Source: Polyangiaceae bacterium (lineage in GTDB: Bacteria > Myxococcota_A > Polyangia > Polyangiales > Polyangiaceae). Taken from it: DNA of 64,000 bases. The stretch spans positions 96,001 through 160,000 of the forward strand of contig CBDCTZ010000015.1 in NCBI GenBank assembly GCA_965222375.1, read 5' to 3'. Position 1 is the first letter of the stretch. Every line of letters begins with the position of its first letter. Below the pieces are notes generated by a model, which made no database searches, was not told the origin of the DNA, and saw nothing but the letters and a program-made list of their open reading frames with translations. Positions 30,045 through 39,183 of the stretch are shown here, in pieces. The position numbers and the translations under genes were made by a program.

Positions 30045-30773
30045 ATGATGCGCTTGCTTCGCGCGGTATGTCTGAGCTCCGCAGTCGGGGCGAGCGCGTG
30101 CTCCATTCTCGCACCCACGGATGACGATCTGCTTGGAGGCAACAGCGCCGCAGACGCATCCCTGGGCGGCGCCAGCGGCGCCGCGACCGGGGGCACGAGC
30201 GCTACCGGCGGAACCAGTGGTGCAAGTGGCTCGGCAGGAGTGGGTGGAGCAGGTACTGGCGCTGCCGCCGGCGCAGGCGGAAGTGCAGGGAGCGGTGGAA
30301 GTGCAGGGAGCGGTGGAAGTGCAGGGAGCGGTGGAAGTGCAGGGAGCGGTGGAAGTGCGAACTGCAGGCCAAAACCCACGGGGGGGTCGGCGTGCTCCAG
30401 CGCAAGCTGCACCTGCGGGCCCGGCGCCTGCACGAGCTACACGCTCGGCGTCACGTTCCCTGTGAATCCGTGCTGCGCGGGCTTGCTCGAGGACCGCTGC
30501 GGTATCCAAATCGGAAGCACACTAGCAGCTGCTGCCAACCTGATCTCCGGATGCTACGGGCTAGACAGCCCGGGCAATTTGGACGCCAACTGCCCAAAGT
30601 TCGTGATTCCCAACTCGACGCCGACCGGGACCAACATCGAGTTTTCGGGTTGTTGCACTCCAAGCGGCACCTGCGGGTTCGCGATGGATCTGACGAGCAC
30701 CGGTGGTCCCGACCTGGGTTGCCCCGAGGCAGACTGCGGCGGCGCAATCCCGAAGAGCTGCACGCCAAAGTAG
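30045..30773 (+). CDS. Lipoprotein paralogous at the N-terminus to the upstream gene, with a different Cys-rich domain
   Basis: ASAC lipobox, CSILAPTDDDLLGG, GSAGSG repeats, GCC...G.CG C-terminal domain. Confidence 0.8.
   Translation: MMRLLRAVCLSSAVGASACSILAPTDDDLLGGNSAADASLGGASGAATGGTSATGGTSGASGSAGVGGAGTGAAAGAGGSAGSGGSAGSGGSAGSGGSAGSGGSANCRPKPTGGSACSSASCTCGPGACTSYTLGVTFPVNPCCAGLLEDRCGIQIGSTLAAAANLISGCYGLDSPGNLDANCPKFVIPNSTPTGTNIEFSGCCTPSGTCGFAMDLTSTGGPDLGCPEADCGGAIPKSCTPK
30279..30358 (+). repeat. Perfect 18-bp tandem repeat (GGAAGTGCAGGGAGCGGT x ~4.4)
   Basis: Identical units read directly from the sequence; in frame, encodes GSAGSG. Confidence 0.9.
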
Positions 30774-30808
30774 TGGACGCCTTCAGTCCAGAAGCGTCCG
30801 TCGCTTAG

Positions 30809-31597
30809 CTACTTGCACTTCTTCTGGTAGCAAGTCCCGCTCTTACAGTCCTTGCTGAAGTTGCACGGAGTGCCAGGCGGCCCCGGTTCCGCGCAAACAT
30901 CGAGGGACGAGTTGCACAGTCCGCTCTGACACTCCTTGTCGAAGTTGCACGGCGTCCCCAAGGGTCCAGGGAGCGCGCAGAGATCCATTTTTGAGTTGCA
31001 CAATTGGGTGGTGCATTCGTCGCCAAAGTTGCATGGCGTCCCAACCGGGCCGGGCACGGCGCATTGGTCCGTCTTCGAGTTGCACAGCTTGCTCAAGCAC
31101 TCGTCATCAGAGTTGCACGGCGCCCCGATGGGGCCCGGAAGGCCGCATTGGTCCAGCTTCGAATTGCACAGACCGCTCACGCACTCGTCGTCGAAATTGC
31201 AAGCGCCACCATTGGGCAGGGGCGGCTGACAGGTGTCGAGCTTGGAGTTGCAGAGCAGCGGTACGCACTCCGAGTCTTTCTTGCACGGCTGCCCTTGATT
31301 GCCGCCGCCGCCGCCAGTTCCGACATTGCCACTACCACCCGTGCTGACGCCGCCGGTGCCCACATTGCCCGAGCCGCCCGTTGCGAAACCGGCGCCACCA
31401 CCCGTCGCCACTCCGGCCGTGCCCCCAGAAGCCGCACCAGCTCCGCCTGCCCCCGCAGCACCCCCTGACGACTTCGCGCCTCCAAAACTACTCCCACCGG
31501 TTCCCGCACTCCCCCTAGAAGAGAACAGGCCCGCATTGTCTTCACCACCACAAGCTGCGCACAGTGCGCAGAGTCCCAATACCCATCGTGTCTGCAT
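30809..31597 (-). CDS. Lipoprotein with ~6 tandem 28-aa four-Cys repeats
   Basis: CAAC lipobox; unit PCN.D.EC...LCNSK.D.C..PGP.G with an 84-bp DNA period. Confidence 0.85.
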   Translation of the reverse strand: MQTRWVLGLCALCAACGGEDNAGLFSSRGSAGTGGSSFGGAKSSGGAAGAGGAGAASGGTAGVATGGGAGFATGGSGNVGTGGVSTGGSGNVGTGGGGGNQGQPCKKDSECVPLLCNSKLDTCQPPLPNGGACNFDDECVSGLCNSKLDQCGLPGPIGAPCNSDDECLSKLCNSKTDQCAVPGPVGTPCNFGDECTTQLCNSKMDLCALPGPLGTPCNFDKECQSGLCNSSLDVCAEPGPPGTPCNFSKDCKSGTCYQKKCK

Positions 31598-31754
31598 GCG
31601 AGGCGGAGCCTAGCAGCTCGTACTCCGGCCGCTAGCAGCGCGCGCGATGGCCGCTTCTTGCCCGTGCCGTCGCACCACAGGCGCTCGACACCGCGCAGCC
31701 ACCCCTTGCCGCCGGAAAGGTTGGATGGGTTGCCCCCCGCGCGGCAACTCCCGG

Positions 31755-31836
31755 CCCGGTGCGGCGTGCTCGGCTACGCCTGCGCCGCCGCGGCCCCCCT
31801 TGGCTGCGCCCGCCGGCCGCAGCCGGAGGGCCCACG
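31755..31836. repeat. Dispersed intergenic repeat, copy 2
   Basis: Matches 19401-19479 in the same orientation; differences cluster in putative loops. Confidence 0.8.
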
Positions 31837-31920
31837 CGCACTTTCGGGTCGCCCAACTTGGCCAGCGCTACGACCAAGCTGCCGGCGCGCGACGCCAAAA
31901 CGCGTGCTACCTGGGGCGCA

Positions 31921-32808
31921 GTGCATCTCCCGAGCATACTCTTGATTTGCCTGGGCCTTGGGCTCACTGGCGGGTGTTCATCCAAGTCCAAGAGTTCCGT
32001 CACGCAAGCAGGCGGTAGCGCGGGCACGGGCGCAACCGCTGGCGCGGGCAGCAGCGCAGGTTCGAGCGGAAGTGCAGGTTCGGGAGGGGCCGCTGGTGCG
32101 GCAACGGGGGGCGTGGGCGGCGCTCAAGCAAAGTGCGGGAATGGCCAGTTCAAGATCCCAGGGGACCTCCAGTTCCACTCGACCTTGAACGACATCGGGC
32201 AACTCCAGGTGCCGAAGAAGGGCCCGAAGGTGCTGGCGCTAGGAGCGTTCACGCCGAGTTTTGCGCAAACGCCGTACGGAGGAGGTGTCGTTCTCAACGC
32301 GGAAGGCCATGCCTTCAGCTATCCAACCTACGACAAGAACAAGACCGAAACCGTCGTGGACCCGCAGAAAGGCGCCGTGGACTTCTGCTTCAAGCCCGAC
32401 CACGACAGCAACTCTCCCGCCGAACACGTGTTCTTCCAGATCACGTCCCCAAGCGGAGTGGTGCTCGAGTTCAAGAAGACTTCGAACTACAGCGAGTTCG
32501 CCTTGACCGCCAACGAGGCGGTCACGATTCTGTACACGAAGGGATCATACTCACCGGGAAAGTGGACCCGGTTCACCGTCAACTGGGAACAAGAGCCGGA
32601 CGCCAAACTCGACGCCGGCGTGTACCTTGACGGACTGGCGACCACACCAGACCAGCAGAAACCGGACTTAAGCGGCAACCTCCTGCCCAAGGCGACTTCG
32701 GACCTCCACTTCACGGTGGGAGACTCGGGCGCCTCCGGCGACCAATCTCCGGGGGGCGTCATCGATGAGCTCCGGGTGATGTCGATTGGCGTCGACCCCG
32801 TTCCCTAG
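31921..32808 (+). CDS. Lipoprotein with LamG-like jelly-roll domain
   Basis: TGGC lipobox; GAVDFCFKP, W.RFTVNW, VYLDG, GVIDELRV. Confidence 0.7.
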   Translation: MHLPSILLICLGLGLTGGCSSKSKSSVTQAGGSAGTGATAGAGSSAGSSGSAGSGGAAGAATGGVGGAQAKCGNGQFKIPGDLQFHSTLNDIGQLQVPKKGPKVLALGAFTPSFAQTPYGGGVVLNAEGHAFSYPTYDKNKTETVVDPQKGAVDFCFKPDHDSNSPAEHVFFQITSPSGVVLEFKKTSNYSEFALTANEAVTILYTKGSYSPGKWTRFTVNWEQEPDAKLDAGVYLDGLATTPDQQKPDLSGNLLPKATSDLHFTVGDSGASGDQSPGGVIDELRVMSIGVDPVP

Positions 32809-32896
32809 AGCGCGCAATTCGGGCGGGCGCTCGTCTACGACGTCAGCCCCTGCAGCAATGGGCGCAACATCGGTGCGGCAGGCGATCGCGGCTCCC

Positions 32897-33511
32897 CTAC
32901 CGGGCGCCCGCAGTCGGCCCATCAGCTCCGGGTCCTGCGACCCCCGGCCTAGCCGCGGTAGGCGCCGGCGCAGCAGATTGATCACTACGACGCTTGAACA
33001 GCACGCATAGCCCCGGGGTGATCTTCTCTTCGTCGCCGTCGTCGTAGTGGATGTGCAGGCGCCCATCCTCGATCCCGACCACGGTTCCTGTGAAGTCGTG
33101 AGGCCCGCCCCGATAGCGACACGCCACGCGGTCATCCTGCCGGAACGGTGACAAACCCGGCGGATCCGACGGCCCGGTCGTCGGGGCACTTCGCACTATC
33201 GGCGCGGGCCTGGCGGGAGTCGTGCCGCGACGGCACAGGCTCGGAGTGATGTTTTCCCGATCGCCGTCGTTGTAGTGAACGAACAGCCGCCCCTCACGGA
33301 TCTCCGCAACGACGCCAGCGTATTCGCTGCGCCCACCGCGCCAGCGACACACCACCTGGGTGCCCGGTGAGAACTTGGCGGCAGCGGCGGGGTCGCTCTG
33401 CCCCGTCGTTCCCGTGAAGCGACTCGGGCCCGTCGGATTCGACCCCTGCTCGGTCGCTGGCGTGCACGCAGCCAGCGCTAGCCCCAGCAGTCCAATGCAT
33501 CGAAATCTCAT
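32897..33511 (-). CDS. Lipoprotein with two Tudor/SH3-like domains
   Basis: LAAC lipobox; two copies of F....V.C.(W/Y)RGG....G.V......R..(V/I)HY.DGD.E.ITP.LC. Confidence 0.75.
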   Translation of the reverse strand: MRFRCIGLLGLALAACTPATEQGSNPTGPSRFTGTTGQSDPAAAAKFSPGTQVVCRWRGGRSEYAGVVAEIREGRLFVHYNDGDRENITPSLCRRGTTPARPAPIVRSAPTTGPSDPPGLSPFRQDDRVACRYRGGPHDFTGTVVGIEDGRLHIHYDDGDEEKITPGLCVLFKRRSDQSAAPAPTAARPGVAGPGADGPTAGAR

Positions 33512-33720
33512 GCGAGCTTGATACGCCATGGCCCAAGGGCTCCTTCCCCGATGTGCCAATCGCCACCTTGCGAGAAGACAACGCGCTGGCGCGGGCTTTG
33601 CTCTGCCCACGGCTCATGAAAGCCAGAGCCGCACGACAGCAAGACATCCCCCAGCTTTTCGTACATCGCCCCCACCAGCTGGCTGCCGCCCCACCGCCGG
33701 CTGGTGGGGCGGGCCCCGCC

Positions 33721-34101
33721 ATGAGCAGACCGGGCGCCACACTGCTCGCCGCCGCGGCGGCCGCATTGTTATCCGCGTGCACGTTGACCCAGTCCTTGGA
33801 CGAATATTCTTCCGGCGAACCCGGAAGCTCCCAAGGGAACGCGAACAAGAGCGCAGACGCTCAGGACGGAGGCACCCCCGACGCAGCCTCTCCCGATAGC
33901 GCCCTTGACCTGAGGTGCACCGCACCAAGTGATTGCCCAGCCGAGCGCCCGGTCTGTTGTGGGGTCAGCGTGACCGCGGAGTGCGAAGCGCAACCGATCG
34001 GATGCGACTACGTGCTCTGCAAGACCAAGGACGACTGCGCTCCCGGAAAGGGCTGCTATCCAGTCGGCCAGTACATCGAGGGCGGGGGGATCTGCATCTA
34101 G
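33721..34101 (+). CDS. Small Cys-rich lipoprotein
   Basis: LSAC lipobox, DGG/DAA linker, 10-Cys C-terminal domain. Confidence 0.7.
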   Translation: MSRPGATLLAAAAAALLSACTLTQSLDEYSSGEPGSSQGNANKSADAQDGGTPDAASPDSALDLRCTAPSDCPAERPVCCGVSVTAECEAQPIGCDYVLCKTKDDCAPGKGCYPVGQYIEGGGICI

Positions 34102-34142
34102 GGTGCCATGTTAGGCTGCGCGTCCCAACTGGAGGACGACCC

Positions 34143-34856
34143 ATGAGCGAGATGCCCGACGCGATGCCCCATGGCGAAATCGAAGAAGTGTTCCCGAACA
34201 TCTTTTTTGTGACTGGCACGACCAAGCCCAAATTCCAGGGGACGCAATTCCAGTTCAGCCGCAACATGACCATCGTGCGAGATGGTGAAGAGCTCACCCT
34301 CGTCAATACGGTGCGGCTGGACGACGCGGGTCTAAAGGCTTTGGACGCACTGGGCAAAGTGGCACATGTCGTCAAGCTGGGTGCCTTCCACGGCATGGAC
34401 GACGCGTTCTACAAGCAGCGCTACGGCGCGAAGCAGTGGGCCCTTCCGGGCATGGAGCATGAGGGGGGGCATGCAACCGACACTGAACTGAGCGCAGGCT
34501 CGCTTCCTTTCAACGGTTGTTCCCTATTTGCGTTCGAGACTTCGGACAAACCCGAGGGGCTGCTGCTCATCGAACGAGAGGGCGGCATCCTGGTCTCCTG
34601 TGACAGCCTGCAAAACTGGGCGGAGGCCGACCGCTTCTTCAGCCCCGAGTCAACGCAGATGATGACCCAGTTCGGCTTCATCACCCCAGCCAATGTGGGT
34701 CCGGGCTGGCGGCAGTCGTGCAATCCCGAGGCGAAGGACTTCAAGCGCCTCGAGGCCTTGACCTTCCGCCACTTGCTGCCCGCTCACGGCACGCCTCTGA
34801 AGAACGAAGCTCACGAAAGGCTCTCGCAGACCTTCGCGAAGCTGTTTTCAGTGTAG
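34143..34856 (+). CDS. Metallo-beta-lactamase-fold hypothetical protein
   Basis: GGAGG RBS; RNMTIVR, FHGMDD, SCDS, LLPAHG. Confidence 0.65.
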   Translation: MSEMPDAMPHGEIEEVFPNIFFVTGTTKPKFQGTQFQFSRNMTIVRDGEELTLVNTVRLDDAGLKALDALGKVAHVVKLGAFHGMDDAFYKQRYGAKQWALPGMEHEGGHATDTELSAGSLPFNGCSLFAFETSDKPEGLLLIEREGGILVSCDSLQNWAEADRFFSPESTQMMTQFGFITPANVGPGWRQSCNPEAKDFKRLEALTFRHLLPAHGTPLKNEAHERLSQTFAKLFSV

Positions 34857-34862
34857 CCCGGC

Positions 34863-35744
34863 TCAGGCGACGATTTCGCCCAGCACCTTGCCGGTGTCCT
34901 TCACCATACTGACGCTCTGCTCCAGGCCCTTCACGATCAGCCCGAGGTGAAGCACCAGCTTGGGGTTCAAGATTTGGGTCGGGGCGCTTGCGATCAACGC
35001 AACGCCAGTTTGAGCGGTTTCGGCCGCTTTGGCGGCTAGCTGCGCGCCCAGCTCGGCGCCGCTGATCCACAGCTTGGTGATCTTGTCAGAGCCGTCCGCC
35101 ACGCTCGACTCGATATCCTTGAGAGCGCTCTCCACCTCCGCCTTGCGGATCTTGCGATCGCCACGTTCGACATCCGAGGGAGGGTCTTCCCCCTTGACCT
35201 TGTACTTGGCCAGGTGCACGTGGCGTCCGGTCTCCATCAGCTGATACGCCGCGCCGTACATCTCTGCCGAAGCTCGGAAGAAGTTGTCGTACTCGGGCAT
35301 CCCAACCTGTACGTATTTGAAGTTGTATTCGGCGTTGGGGTTCATGCGCGCGACTTTGATGTAGTCGTAGCGCACGTCGCCCTCGAAGGGCTTCAGAGAT
35401 GCCGCCAGCTGGCCCAGCTCCACCTGGCCAGGGGGCGGCACATCGACCAACTTCTTGACCAGCTCCGTGGTCGTGGCGCCAACCTTCTTCGCGAAGTCGC
35501 TGAAGTCCGTCGCCACTTCGCCCATGGCTGACTCGAATTCTTCCCAGTTCTTGGCCTCACGGACGCGGGTCGTCGTCTTGCCATTCTCGGTCTTGGTCGT
35601 GACGACGGTGGCCTTCAATCCGATGGCCTCGCAGGCAGCCGTCAGCGACGACAACGCGCCGAGGCTAACCAGGGCTCTACGGGAGAGGATCAGGTCGTTC
35701 GAGCGGGCGATGGGGCGCCCAATGGGGCCATTGGTCGTCGACAT
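34863..35744 (-). CDS. Hypothetical Tat-type lipoprotein
   Basis: LSRRALV twin-Arg motif followed by TAAC. Confidence 0.65.
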   Translation of the reverse strand: MSTTNGPIGRPIARSNDLILSRRALVSLGALSSLTAACEAIGLKATVVTTKTENGKTTTRVREAKNWEEFESAMGEVATDFSDFAKKVGATTTELVKKLVDVPPPGQVELGQLAASLKPFEGDVRYDYIKVARMNPNAEYNFKYVQVGMPEYDNFFRASAEMYGAAYQLMETGRHVHLAKYKVKGEDPPSDVERGDRKIRKAEVESALKDIESSVADGSDKITKLWISGAELGAQLAAKAAETAQTGVALIASAPTQILNPKLVLHLGLIVKGLEQSVSMVKDTGKVLGEIVA

Positions 35745-35884
35745 GCCCCCATTACGTAGCCACATCTCCCAATCTTCCGGGCAGCAGCGTGTTTCATCAA
35801 CCGGGTTGGCGAAACCTGAGCGAGCCGAGTCGGGCCGAGGGTGTAAGCGCCGGTATTTTGGAGCGTTGGGCTTGAGGGAAGCAC

Positions 35885-37525
35885 ATGAGAAACATCAGCA
35901 AGCTTGGGTCATTTGGCGGGTTGGTTTTGGGGGGTGCAGGCCTGTGCAGCATCGCGGTGGCCTGCGGGGGAGCCTTCGGCGGAAGTCCGGCCAGCCCGGA
36001 AACTGTGGCCGCGCCGGGCTACTACCAGGCGAATGGGATGGCCGTCTCCAAGTCCGCCTCGGCGCCCATGGAAGCGGACCACGAGCCCAACACCGAGAGC
36101 TACGACAAGATTGCGGAAAACGCATTTCTCTCCGTAGCCCAAAACCCCCTGTCGACGTTTTCCGTCGACGTAGACACGGCATCCTACGCCAACACGCGCC
36201 GATTCTTGGCCCAAGGCAAGCTGCCCCCCAAGGACGCGGTGCGAATCGAAGAACTGATCAACTACTTCGAATACGCCTACCCAGATCCAACGGGTTCCGA
36301 ACCCTTCAGCGTGACGACGGAAGTCTCCGCGGCGCCGTGGAAGCCCGCCCACCGATTGGTACACATCGGGCTGCAGGGCAAACGACTCGCCACCAAGGAC
36401 ATGCCGGCGCGAAATCTGGTCTTCTTGCTAGACGTTTCCGGCAGCATGGGACAGCCGAACAAGCTGCCCCTGCTCAAGCGCTCCCTCAAGGAACTCGCTG
36501 AGAACCTGACCCAAAAAGACCGCATCGCAATCGTTGTCTACGCCGGTGCGAGTGGACAGGTGTTGCCGTCCACGCCGGCTACGCAGAAAACGAAGATCTT
36601 GGACGCCCTGGACCGCTTGGAAGCGGGCGGAAGCACCAATGGCGGCGAGGGCATCAAACTCGCCTACGAAGTCGCGCGACAGAACTTCCGCAAGGACGGC
36701 ATCAACCGCGTGATTCTGGCGACGGATGGCGACTTCAACGTCGGCGTGAGTAGCCCAGCCGCTCTGGAACGACTGATCGAAGAAAAGCGCAAGAGTGGAG
36801 TATTCCTGACCGTGCTCGGTTTCGGCATGGGCAACTACAAGGACTCCACGTTGGAGAAGCTCGCCGACAAGGGCAATGGAAACTACGCCTATATCGACAA
36901 CATCGCCGAGGCGCGGAAAGTGCTGGTGCAGCAAGCTGGCGCGACTCTGGTGACTATCGCCAAGGACGTGAAGATCCAAGTCGAGTTCAACCCGAAGTGG
37001 GTCAGCGCGTACCGCCTCATCGGTTACGAAAACCGAATGCTCGCCAATGAAGACTTCAACGACGACAAGAAGGATGCGGGCGATATCGGCGCCGGGCACT
37101 CCGTCACAGCACTATACGAGGTTGTCCCAGTAGGCGTGCCCTCGTCGGCGGGCTCAGTAGACGCGCTGAAGTACCAGAAGCCTGCAGCGGCGAGCTCCGC
37201 CCAAGACAGCGGCGAATTGATGGCCGTAAAACTCCGCTACAAGGCCCCCCAGGGCGATACCAGCAAGCTATTGTCCCATGTGATCCAGGCCAAGAGCCTG
37301 CCGCTCGCGAAGACGAGCAAGGCGTTCCGGTTTTCGGCAAGCGTGGCGGCCTTTGGCATGCTGCTGAGGAACTCCAAGCACGCTGGCAATGCAAACTTCA
37401 GCCTGGTCAAGGAGCTGGCGCAGGGCGCGGAAAGCAGCGATCCCCACGGCTATCGGCGCGAATTCCTGGGCATGGTGCGAAGAGCGAAACAGCTCAAGAA
37501 GCCGACCCAGACGATTGCGAAGTGA
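35885..37525 (+). CDS. VWA-domain lipoprotein, YfbK/DUF3520 type
   Basis: STFSVDVDTASY, VRIEELINYF, DVSGSM MIDAS, LATDGDFNVG, YRLIGYENR. Confidence 0.9.
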   Translation: MRNISKLGSFGGLVLGGAGLCSIAVACGGAFGGSPASPETVAAPGYYQANGMAVSKSASAPMEADHEPNTESYDKIAENAFLSVAQNPLSTFSVDVDTASYANTRRFLAQGKLPPKDAVRIEELINYFEYAYPDPTGSEPFSVTTEVSAAPWKPAHRLVHIGLQGKRLATKDMPARNLVFLLDVSGSMGQPNKLPLLKRSLKELAENLTQKDRIAIVVYAGASGQVLPSTPATQKTKILDALDRLEAGGSTNGGEGIKLAYEVARQNFRKDGINRVILATDGDFNVGVSSPAALERLIEEKRKSGVFLTVLGFGMGNYKDSTLEKLADKGNGNYAYIDNIAEARKVLVQQAGATLVTIAKDVKIQVEFNPKWVSAYRLIGYENRMLANEDFNDDKKDAGDIGAGHSVTALYEVVPVGVPSSAGSVDALKYQKPAAASSAQDSGELMAVKLRYKAPQGDTSKLLSHVIQAKSLPLAKTSKAFRFSASVAAFGMLLRNSKHAGNANFSLVKELAQGAESSDPHGYRREFLGMVRRAKQLKKPTQTIAK

Positions 37526-37741
37526 CGACGTAGGGGGTGCGCTGGTCTCCGAGGATCACCGAACGATCTCGGCGGTCTTCGCCCTTCCGGTTTGGCGGGG
37601 CGCCACCCTCCATCTCCCATCGACCCGCACGAAGAAAGCCCGCGAAAGTGCGGCACTTGGGCGGGTCGTGCCCCTGGCACGCGGGTTGCGATGACAACGC
37701 TTCGTCACGCGCTCAACGGCGCACATCACAGGAGACATCCG

Positions 37742-38410
37742 ATGACTTTGCGAAGCTCTATCCTTCTCGTGTTCGCGCTTGCCGCGGGCAGTACTTTGGC
37801 TTGTAGCAGCAACAGCGGCGACGACGGTGCCGGGGCTGCAAGCGGCGGCGACGCTTGCTCCGCAGCGGAGCAGCGCTACTCCGACTGCAAGCCGGGCTCG
37901 GTACTTGCCATCAACGGACCATGCACCGGCGGCAATCTCCAGCGCGCCGAATGCATCAATTCCGCGAGCTGCGCCGAGGTCGACAAGTGCATCCTGTCGG
38001 CTAGCGGCGGAGCCGGCGGCACCACCGGCAGCGGCGGCCTTCCTGGGGTTGGCGGGGGCAGCGCGGGCACGCCCGGCAGCGGCGGCCTTCCTGGGGTTGG
38101 CGGGGGCAGCGCCGGCACACCTGGCAGCGGCGGCGGCGGTGGCAACCCCGGCTGCGCGGATGTCAGCGGCAGCTACGTGGTCACAGGCAGCTGCGACATC
38201 ACCGCGTGCAAGGTCACGCAGACCGGCTGCACCGCCAACTTCGAATGCAACAACGGTGCAGCTTCCTACACCGGAAGCGTTGGCGGCAGTTCGGTCACCT
38301 TCGCCGGCTTCACGGGAACCTGCCAGGGCGTCCTCAGTGGCGACACCCTGATGGGCACTTGCACGGACACCTTGGGGCTGGCCACTTGCCAGTACACCGC
38401 GAAGCGCTGA
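37742..38410 (+). CDS. Cys-rich lipoprotein with a duplicated 16-aa Gly linker
   Basis: AGGAG RBS, TLAC lipobox, GSGGLPGVGGGSAGTP x2 (48-bp near-exact repeat). Confidence 0.75.
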   Translation: MTLRSSILLVFALAAGSTLACSSNSGDDGAGAASGGDACSAAEQRYSDCKPGSVLAINGPCTGGNLQRAECINSASCAEVDKCILSASGGAGGTTGSGGLPGVGGGSAGTPGSGGLPGVGGGSAGTPGSGGGGGNPGCADVSGSYVVTGSCDITACKVTQTGCTANFECNNGAASYTGSVGGSSVTFAGFTGTCQGVLSGDTLMGTCTDTLGLATCQYTAKR

Positions 38411-38575
38411 AACCAGCAACGAACTCGACCTCCCCCGCCGGGCGCCCATCGAGGTCCCGTCCCACCTCGGCCGCAAGAGATGGGCGCCCGGCTTTTTCCG
38501 TATTTTCTTTCGACTCGCACTGCCCTGTTCACCGCGCACGCCAGTTCTTCCGAGGCAGTGCTATGTTCCGCGGTC

Positions 38576-39061
38576 ATGGCGCGCCCCGCCACAACAAGAG
38601 CCGGCTCATGGCGATGGGTGGACCTCGACGGTACCGAACAACCCATCGCCTTGGGTGAACTGGCACGCAGGGTGAGCGACGAGCAGCTTCCCCCATTCGT
38701 TTTGGTTTGGCGCATCGGGTTCAGCGACTGGTTGCCCGCATACCTGGTACCAGAGCTTGCAGACATACTCGGCGTAGAGACGCCAGCGCTTCCCGAGGAA
38801 GACTCCGGCCAAACCGAGCCACCAGTGGCACCCTTGGAGTGGTACACGGAGTGTCTGGGTCAGAGTTCCTCCAAGAGCCTTGCCCGGGCCGAGAAACGGC
38901 CAGCCCAACGCATGCTCAATTTGGACTGGAGCGACGCCTTCGGCTTCGAGGAGTCTCCGACGACACCGACCAAGCGGCGGCTGTTGCCCGTTGGCGCATT
39001 CCCAAACATCGACGCCTACCTAGAGCATTTACGCAAGCTGCGAGAAGCTCGTGGCGGCTGA
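38576..39061 (+). CDS. GYF_2/DUF4339-like domain protein
   Basis: W...DG..QP....EL......LVWR.GF.DW.PA..VPEL. Confidence 0.7.
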   Translation: MARPATTRAGSWRWVDLDGTEQPIALGELARRVSDEQLPPFVLVWRIGFSDWLPAYLVPELADILGVETPALPEEDSGQTEPPVAPLEWYTECLGQSSSKSLARAEKRPAQRMLNLDWSDAFGFEESPTTPTKRRLLPVGAFPNIDAYLEHLRKLREARGG

Positions 39062-39183
39062 CAAGCCTACACCCTCGGAGAATCATTGAATAATCCGATA
39101 CACTGGGGCATCGAACGCTGGCGGTAGTGGTGCATGGCCTGGGAGTTCCCGCCATGCTAGGAAAGCCAAAGGGAGTGGTTGCA

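Noticed and set aside
30279..31297. CRISPR array from the 18-bp and 84-bp periodicities
   Set aside because: Repeats are in-frame coding repeats without unique spacers; no cas genes.
30809..31597. RiPP precursor with repeated cores for either radical SAM enzyme
   Set aside because: It has a lipoprotein signal and even-Cys disulfide-type modules, and lies 16 kb or more from both radical SAM genes; no RRE, peptidase or transporter nearby.
33667..33711. GC hairpin between divergent lipoprotein genes as an ncRNA
   Set aside because: Single copy with no recognisable motif; such stems arise readily at this GC content.
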